A DNA stretch of 64,000 nt from an uncultured Bacteroidia bacterium. GTDB lineage: Bacteria; Bacteroidota; Bacteroidia; NS11-12g; UBA955. The position numbers and the translations under genes were made by a program. Of this stretch, positions 57,840 to 64,000 are shown piece by piece (position 1 is the first letter of the stretch; every line of letters begins with the position of its first letter). Location: the NCBI GenBank assembly GCA_943788195.1, contig CALSPH010000001.1, forward strand, positions 1,187,595-1,251,594, written 5' to 3'. The notes beneath the pieces are model-generated. The model was not told where the DNA came from, did no database searches, and was given only the letters and a program-made list of their open reading frames with translations.

Positions 57840-59019
57840 TGTAATTTACATGGTATGCTTGGGCTTGATTGCCGCTATGGGTTGCAAAAAAACAGTATTG
57901 GATGAAAGTGTGCAATGCAGTTCAAATTGGGCTGACTCAAGTGTTAATCATCCCAAAAATCAGGCACTCAAGGATTTGGTGGATCGCTATCTGAAGAAAG
58001 GAGTGCCCGGTATTTCCATTTATACAACAGATAATTCGGGTACATGGGTTGGTAGCGGAGGGAAGGCCGATGTGGTCGAAAACATCGCTTATCAGCCTTG
58101 TCATGTACAAAAAGTAGCCTCTTTAACTAAAATGTTTATGGGTACCCTGATTTTTAAGTTAATAGAGGATTCCACACAAACCAACTTAGGCTATAATGAT
58201 CTGGATAAGCCCATTGCAACATGGATTCCGGCGGATCAGTTAAAAAACATCCCAAACGCAGATCAAATTACCCTTCGGCAATGCATGAATCACAGTTCTG
58301 GCTTGTATGACGTAATCACGGATGATGGATTCTATTTGGAAGTTTTGAATAATCCAACCAAGAAATGGAATGCTGATGATCTATTGAGTTATGTTAAAAA
58401 GCGAGATGCCGTCTTTGCTCCGGGTGCTAAACATAAATACAGCAATACCAACACGCTTATGGTTAGCCTTGTGATTGATAATGCAACCAACAAACCCCAT
58501 CATATTTGGCTGAGAGATTTGATATTAAATCCCTTGCAACTAACCAATACATTCTATCATCATCATGAGAGTCTACCAGCCATTACAGCTCAGGGTTATT
58601 TTGATTTGTATCAGAACCGAAAGCCGATTAATGTATCAAACTATGTAACGGGCAGTGGAAATGGCTATACCGGTATTTATAGCAATGTATTTGATTTACA
58701 CACTTTCATAAAAGCAGTGGTGATCGACCGGACCTTTATTAGTGCAAAATCCTTGGTATATATGACTCAAGTTGGCGCAACGGATGAAGCAGAGCTATCA
58801 CTTGGGCTGGGTATTATGCGCAGGTTTCAAGATCGAGGTGTCGATTTTGGTTGGGGACATACTGGAAGGGACTTAGGTTACTCTGCAGATTTATTTTATT
58901 TCCCAAACAAGAATGTAAGCATCGCCTGGTGTGTTAACTATGGGATGGATGCCGAAAGTTTTTTGAAACCCATTATTCTTGATTTTCAGCAGGAACTGAT
59001 TGATCTGATGCAGAAGTAG
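57823..59019 (+). CDS. Serine hydrolase, class C beta-lactamase/penicillin-binding-protein family (lipoprotein)
   Basis: 398 aa, lipobox AAMGC. S-x-x-K (ASLTKMF), Y-x-N (YSNTN) and a WGHTG (KTG-like) box. Confidence 0.7.
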   Translation: MIMMRSVIYMVCLGLIAAMGCKKTVLDESVQCSSNWADSSVNHPKNQALKDLVDRYLKKGVPGISIYTTDNSGTWVGSGGKADVVENIAYQPCHVQKVASLTKMFMGTLIFKLIEDSTQTNLGYNDLDKPIATWIPADQLKNIPNADQITLRQCMNHSSGLYDVITDDGFYLEVLNNPTKKWNADDLLSYVKKRDAVFAPGAKHKYSNTNTLMVSLVIDNATNKPHHIWLRDLILNPLQLTNTFYHHHESLPAITAQGYFDLYQNRKPINVSNYVTGSGNGYTGIYSNVFDLHTFIKAVVIDRTFISAKSLVYMTQVGATDEAELSLGLGIMRRFQDRGVDFGWGHTGRDLGYSADLFYFPNKNVSIAWCVNYGMDAESFLKPIILDFQQELIDLMQK

Positions 59020-60433
59020 GTTCATCAGGTGGAATAACTATTGGTGGAAACTCTTCAGGTGGAATCACTTTATAAATGGTTACGGTTGCATAACCATACC
59101 GTATCGCCTTAATTTTCTCTAAGTAATCCGGTAGATATCTTTTTAGCTGGGATTGGCCAGGGTCTGAAATAACTACAAAGTCGAAGCTATCTGCATTGTG
59201 GCCTTTAAAATGATCTATTTGATGATCAGGGACATCATACCCTGAATTACTGGTCCAGTTAGCCATAACCATGGGCCAGTTGTAGCCTACTTTAGAATTT
59301 GCAGGAATGGAATCAAGGTAGTCAAATCCTTTTTCGAGACATCTAATATGGGTTGTGTACGCTAAATCGGTATCTTTAAACTCAGTATTATTATTAAGGT
59401 GAAATACAGATAACGCGATAGAAAGTATGAGTACTGAGGTTTTTAACCAGATCGCTTGATTGCGAAGGATGACCAGCAAGCCGATGAGCAAAGGGAATAA
59501 TATGTAAATGCAATATCGATCTAAGTAGTAATTTATGGATGAAAATGCCAAGCCACCTATTGTTATCCAAAAAATGATATAGAATAAATCGGTATGTTTT
59601 TTCTCTGTTTTTCCTTTTTTAAATCGCTTCCAAACCCAAACTGCAATGAACAAGAACAAGAAAAGCCAACGTCCTTGGGCAATGAATAGAAACCAAAGTG
59701 CTAATAAGGTTTTAGCCAAGATGGTATAAATGTCGAAATCCATTAATCCTTGATGTAAGGGGTACAAAAAGTAACCGTTTTGATTGTACTGAATAACGAG
59801 GAAACTTAGAAACACTAGAAAAGGGAGCAGCAATGTACTGAGATAAATTTTCCAAGATAACTTTTGCTGAAATTGGGCCAAGGCAAATGCAATGGGTAGA
59901 ACCAGTGCAGACTCTTTGGTAAGCACTGCCAAGCTCAAGGCGATCCAAAGACCGAAATGTTTTTGAGTCAGATAGGCATATATGGCAGCTAATGTTAGGG
60001 TCATCAGTAAGGTCTCAGGTAAAACCAAAACAGATTGGGCAATAAAAGCGGGTTGGATCGCAATACAAAACAGGAATGCCGCAGCCCACATTGCATTCAT
60101 ATACCGCGCGAGTATTTTAAACCCGAAACCCACCCCAATGAAATAGATTAAAAGGCCCGTTAATCGAGCGGTTAGCTGGCTTACCCCAAATAGTTTGAAT
60201 GTTGTACCAAAAATAAATGGGGTTAGCAATGGATGTCCACGACTTAAGACGTCTGGCATACTATCGGGTAACAAACTTAAACCATGCACAGCCAGATGCA
60301 TTGCAGCGCGGGAATAGACCCCCAGCTCGTCCCAAAAAAAGGGAAGTTTTAATAAGCCATATTTGATATCAACCAGGAAATAGAATACAGCCAATGCGCC
60401 AAAAAGAGATATTAGCGGCAAATGCTTTTTCAT
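58973..60433 (-). CDS. Polytopic membrane glycosyltransferase, ArnT/PMT (GT39/GT83) family
   Basis: 486 aa with 11 or more TM segments. The N-terminal periplasmic loop has the FWDE motif typical of ArnT/PMT_2 transferases. Proline-rich C-terminal tail. Confidence 0.6.
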   Translation of the reverse strand: MKKHLPLISLFGALAVFYFLVDIKYGLLKLPFFWDELGVYSRAAMHLAVHGLSLLPDSMPDVLSRGHPLLTPFIFGTTFKLFGVSQLTARLTGLLIYFIGVGFGFKILARYMNAMWAAAFLFCIAIQPAFIAQSVLVLPETLLMTLTLAAIYAYLTQKHFGLWIALSLAVLTKESALVLPIAFALAQFQQKLSWKIYLSTLLLPFLVFLSFLVIQYNQNGYFLYPLHQGLMDFDIYTILAKTLLALWFLFIAQGRWLFLFLFIAVWVWKRFKKGKTEKKHTDLFYIIFWITIGGLAFSSINYYLDRYCIYILFPLLIGLLVILRNQAIWLKTSVLILSIALSVFHLNNNTEFKDTDLAYTTHIRCLEKGFDYLDSIPANSKVGYNWPMVMANWTSNSGYDVPDHQIDHFKGHNADSFDFVVISDPGQSQLKRYLPDYLEKIKAIRYGYATVTIYKVIPPEEFPPIVIPPDEPTSASDQSVPAENQE

Positions 60434-60436
60434 GGA

Positions 60437-62146
60437 TTATTTCAATTGATTTAATTCAGCAATTAAGAAGTCAAACAGCGATTGTACATAAGCAGGCCCA
60501 AAGTTAAACTCTATGCCAGCTGCTTGGTAAATTTCAGGGATGGTAGCGGTGTAACCTAACTCCATAAATGATTTATATCCCTTAATTCCTTCAGCTTTAT
60601 TTTCTTTGTACTTTTTCCAAAGTGCAATTGCACCCAATTGAGCAAAGCCATATTCAATATAATAGAAGGGAACTTCATACAAATGCAATTGACGTTGCCA
60701 GCTGTTTTCTCGATGCGATTCATATCCAGTAAAATCAACTTTATTTGCTGAGAAGCGGGAAGATATTTCTAACCAGTTCGAAGTGCGTTCTTCAATGGTA
60801 TGGTTTGGATTGGTATAAATCCAATGTTGAAAAGCATCGATGGTTGCTATCCATGGAAGTGTTCCGATTACGCCTTCCAATTGAGATATTTTAGCTCTTT
60901 TTAATTCCTCCTCGTCAGTAAAAAATAAGTTCCACCCATCCATACTGATTAATTCCATACTCATACTGGCGAGTTCAGCCACTTCTGCTGGAGTGCTTTT
61001 AAAAGCATTCAGTTTGAGCGGGTGGGATAAAAAAGAATGAATAGCATGTCCACCTTCATGAACCATGGTTTCTAAATCGCGCAAAGAGCCACTGGCATTC
61101 ATAAAAATAAAAGGCTTGCCACTTTCTGCAAGGGGGTAATTATAACCCCCAGGCGCTTTGCCTTTTCTGGAATCCAAATCAAGCAACTCATCTGTTTTCA
61201 TTATTTTCAGACATTCCCCAAAATAAGGATCAATCAGATTAAAACATGCAATACTTTTATCCAATAATTCACTGCCATTTTTAAATGGGCGAAGGGGGGG
61301 GAGATTGTCTGGATCTACAGACAAATCATACGGACGTAAAGGACTGATTTCTAACTTTTCTTCACGTTCAATCAATAGGTTCTTTTGCAAGGGCACTACT
61401 ACCTTTTCAATGGCATTATGGAAATCAAAGCAGTCCTGCACGGAATAGTCAAACCGCCCTAAGCTCTCGAATTTATAATCCCTAAAATTCTTAAAGTCTG
61501 CATTTATTGCAACTTGGTTTCGTTTTTCAATAAGCTGATTAAATAATAGATCCAATTGATCTTTATCGATTAATCGCCTTGCCGAAACCAATTCATAAAT
61601 TGATTTTCGAAGTGCACGGTCATTTTCCTGAAGCATTAAACTGGCCTGCTGCAGCGTGAGCTCCTTTCCTTTCCATTCGATAGACATTGAACCAGATATG
61701 GTGCCGTATTGTTGTGATAAGGCTGCTATTTCTGCTTTTAAAGGAATGTTCTCTTCTCGATATAGGTCGATGGATTTTTGAATGCTTCTGAAATAGATGA
61801 AGTAGGCTTGGTCCGTTTGGGCTAGTTCCGATGTAAATGCTGAATCATTGATTTTGCGATTCAACTGGTCATCATACGGAGCTAATTTGGGCTGAATTTC
61901 TCGAACAAAGTAAAGATAACTTTCCTCCAACTTCTTATCGGTGGTGTCACAGGTCATTTTTATATAACGCCATGCAGCATCTTCACCAATAAAAGCTTCC
62001 AGCTCGTTTAGATTTCGCAAAAATTCATCAAATTGTGCTTTCGTTTCAATTTCTGTTTCCAGTAATTGATTAAAATAGGAATGGACGTCTTCCCATTGGT
62101 TTAGAACCAAATTGTTAGGCAGCCATTTGCGTAGAATTTCAGCCAT
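60437..62146 (-). CDS. pepF: M3B family oligoendopeptidase F
   Basis: 569 aa with the zinc motif HEGGHAIHS (HExxH) and the downstream E of the M3 family. Confidence 0.8.
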   Translation of the reverse strand: MAEILRKWLPNNLVLNQWEDVHSYFNQLLETEIETKAQFDEFLRNLNELEAFIGEDAAWRYIKMTCDTTDKKLEESYLYFVREIQPKLAPYDDQLNRKINDSAFTSELAQTDQAYFIYFRSIQKSIDLYREENIPLKAEIAALSQQYGTISGSMSIEWKGKELTLQQASLMLQENDRALRKSIYELVSARRLIDKDQLDLLFNQLIEKRNQVAINADFKNFRDYKFESLGRFDYSVQDCFDFHNAIEKVVVPLQKNLLIEREEKLEISPLRPYDLSVDPDNLPPLRPFKNGSELLDKSIACFNLIDPYFGECLKIMKTDELLDLDSRKGKAPGGYNYPLAESGKPFIFMNASGSLRDLETMVHEGGHAIHSFLSHPLKLNAFKSTPAEVAELASMSMELISMDGWNLFFTDEEELKRAKISQLEGVIGTLPWIATIDAFQHWIYTNPNHTIEERTSNWLEISSRFSANKVDFTGYESHRENSWQRQLHLYEVPFYYIEYGFAQLGAIALWKKYKENKAEGIKGYKSFMELGYTATIPEIYQAAGIEFNFGPAYVQSLFDFLIAELNQLK

Positions 62147-62155
62147 CAGGTTGAA

Positions 62156-62719
62156 TTAGCTGGACTTTCTAGGAGCAGAAATCTTACTTGATTTAGATGC
62201 TACTGATTTGTTCTGCACCTTTTTATTTAAGTTTTTGGGAGCAACTGGTTTTGCTTTTGCTTTGGTTGTTTTCTTTTCCGTTGATTTTGAATCATCCGCT
62301 TCCTCTTCGGCTTTCGCATTGATTTGAGCAAAATCAAAATTTCCGTTCAATGTGTGAAACCAACCAAACATCTTTTTCATATCAGAGATATAAACACGTT
62401 CTTTATCATAATCTGGGAGCACTTTCCCAAAAGCGGTTTTGATTGATTTTTCATCGTCTTTCTTAGAAGGAAGCTTTTCACCTTTCTCTTCTAGTGCTTT
62501 TGCAGCAATAAAAACATCGCCTAACTTAACGTCTTCCTCTTCAGTAAACATAGCAATATCTGCTAATACACTCACCTTTTGCCGAGCACCGGTAGCAAAC
62601 TTTCTGCTTGGGTTACCCACTTCTTGCAATATCAAACCATTCGGTCTTTGTCCAATTACAAAGTAAAGTCCTGGCGATCCTGCCAAGGCTACAATTTTAT
62701 CAAACTCCATTTCTTCCAT
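62156..62719 (-). CDS. DUF5606-domain protein with a Lys/Ala/Ser-rich histone-H1-like C-terminal tail
   Basis: 187 aa. N-terminal globular domain MEEMEFDKIVALAGSPGLYFVIGQRPNGL. The C-terminus is KSTEKKTTKAKAKPVAPKNLNKKVQNKSVASKSSKISAPRKSS. Confidence 0.55.
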   Translation of the reverse strand: MEEMEFDKIVALAGSPGLYFVIGQRPNGLILQEVGNPSRKFATGARQKVSVLADIAMFTEEEDVKLGDVFIAAKALEEKGEKLPSKKDDEKSIKTAFGKVLPDYDKERVYISDMKKMFGWFHTLNGNFDFAQINAKAEEEADDSKSTEKKTTKAKAKPVAPKNLNKKVQNKSVASKSSKISAPRKSS

Positions 62720-62779
62720 AAAGGAACAAAAATAAGATTTTTTTCGAGCATTTAATGGTTACTTATCAATAGTGTCCTA

Positions 62780-64000
62780 AACGATTTTAAATAACTCAAA
62801 TAGTCTTATTTCTATTGGGTTTCGCTTACTGTTTCGTCATTTTTAAAATAGTACCCCCTGTATTTCCTTTTGAGGTGGTGGATGTTTGTTCTCAAAAGGT
62901 TGATCAAGCCATTTGATTAAATCTACTTTTACAAATAGATTAAGCCTTATAAATGCGACCAGATTTGATAAATACCATTTGTGTTTTGCTATTGCTTTTA
63001 ATGCCTTTAGGACAAGTATGGTTATAAGTGCAGTCCATATTTGGATCATTACGGCATTTTCACTAGTGCCAATAAAGGACTTAATGTGTAAGAGTTGCTT
63101 TATCTCTCTAAAAAATATTTCCACTTGCCATCTAGCCTTATAAAGCTCACTTATCGTGTTTGCTGTCCAAGACATTTGATTTGTAATTACCTCTATTACC
63201 TGCTGGTTTTCATCATCCCATATGGCTACTCTTCTTAGCTTCTTTGAGTATTTCTTTTTAGATTGTAAACCAGTGAGCTTAATGATTTCATCTTTTAGGA
63301 TATGCTCCTGTTTTCCTACTGGCAGATCGTTTTCTTTAATTGTAATAAATTGGATGTTTTCTTTATGCCTAATTACAAAAAATACTCCTTTGCTGTCCCA
63401 GACATCCAACAAAGAAAGATCATTGTTGAAACGGTCAGCTACAATCACACTCCCTTTCAATAATGGGATATCATATGCCCCTTTATTATCTGCAGTTTTG
63501 CCATCAGTAATATTCACATATGCCGGTAAATTACCATCATAATCTAATAGTGTATGCATTTTTATTGCTCCTTTCGAGGTTTTGTATTTTGCCCAATCAA
63601 ACAAGCTAAGACAAAGACTAATTGTAGTAGCATCTAATAATAAGATCTTTGATTTTATTCTAAACTTTACACGCTTTAAAGATGCTTGCTGTCCTAAACT
63701 ATCTAACAAACAATAGTAGTAATCTCTAAAGAGTTCCCAGCTACGATGTTTGTTTTGATAACTTAGAGTAGATTTAGATGGAGCTTTAATCATACCCAAA
63801 TGGGATAAGTTGCCTGTGGCTGAACGAAGACCATTGCTTATATCCCGAACAGACTGGCTTTTTGCAAACTGGCAAAATAACATAGAGACTAAATGAGACC
63901 AACTAGTAAAACCCTTTTGATGCTTATCACTTTCGTGAGTATTTACTAGTGTTTTAAACTTTGAGCGATCTAATCTGGATATTATTTGAGAGAATAAGGT
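62780..64000 (-). mobile_element. Partial IS4-family insertion sequence, right end only in this window
   Basis: Carries the transposase gene above. The terminal inverted repeat is expected in ~62760-62842 but cannot be defined without the other end. Confidence 0.4.
62843..64000 (-). CDS. IS4-family DDE transposase (DUF4372 N-terminal domain type), N-terminus runs off the window edge
   Basis: The reading frame is open from 62843 to the last base (no stop between 63884 and 64000). The upstream in-frame translation gives ...SHLVSMLFCQFAKSQSVRDISNGL..., typical of IS4/DUF4372 transposases. DDE regions LLLDATTI, VIVADRFNND and WQVEIFFREIKQ. Confidence 0.8.
   Translation of the reverse strand, partial: TLFSQIISRLDRSKFKTLVNTHESDKHQKGFTSWSHLVSMLFCQFAKSQSVRDISNGLRSATGNLSHLGMIKAPSKSTLSYQNKHRSWELFRDYYYCLLDSLGQQASLKRVKFRIKSKILLLDATTISLCLSLFDWAKYKTSKGAIKMHTLLDYDGNLPAYVNITDGKTADNKGAYDIPLLKGSVIVADRFNNDLSLLDVWDSKGVFFVIRHKENIQFITIKENDLPVGKQEHILKDEIIKLTGLQSKKKYSKKLRRVAIWDDENQQVIEVITNQMSWTANTISELYKARWQVEIFFREIKQLLHIKSFIGTSENAVMIQIWTALITILVLKALKAIAKHKWYLSNLVAFIRLNLFVKVDLIKWLDQPFENKHPPPQKEIQGVLF

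Overview
This 64 kb window is AT-rich (~38% GC) chromosomal DNA, probably from a Bacteroidota genome (Flavobacteriia or Sphingobacteriia type). The lineage call rests on T9SS C-terminal sorting domains on two secreted proteases, a DUF5606 protein, and TTG-N19/20-TAnnTTTG promoter motifs. The content is mostly housekeeping. It includes priA, a T9SS-sorted M4 metalloprotease (1478 aa), rpsU, a XerC-like recombinase and hpf. A tRNA(Thr-Tyr-Gly-Thr)-tuf-tRNA(Trp)-secE-nusG-rplKAJL-rpoBC 'str/beta' cluster sits in exactly the E. coli order. Further downstream are purN, a LysM lytic transglycosylase, ald, a YqiJ-like membrane protein/flotillin pair, and a TPR protein/CrtD-like desaturase/DUF422-like operon. 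A T9SS-sorted S8 subtilisin is preceded by two paralogous lipoproteins. The rest includes folD-queE-pdxH, glyQS, hmgA, fur-purA, an M3 PepF peptidase, and an IS4-family transposase running off the 3' edge. I found no CRISPR array and no recognisable restriction-modification, toxin-antitoxin or other defence island. The most striking signal is a dense run of reading-frame breaks (at least 20) confined to nusG, rplL, rpoB and rpoC, with one more in purA. Every other long gene is intact, so these breaks look like localized sequence-quality artefacts in essential genes rather than biology. Other points worth a second look are a 14-bp partial duplication of the tRNA-Thr 5' end, the lipoprotein-lipoprotein-subtilisin operon, the multi-repeat M4 protease, a histone-H1-like tail on the DUF5606 protein, a G8 homopolymer inside pepF, and a structured GC-rich intergenic segment after glyS.
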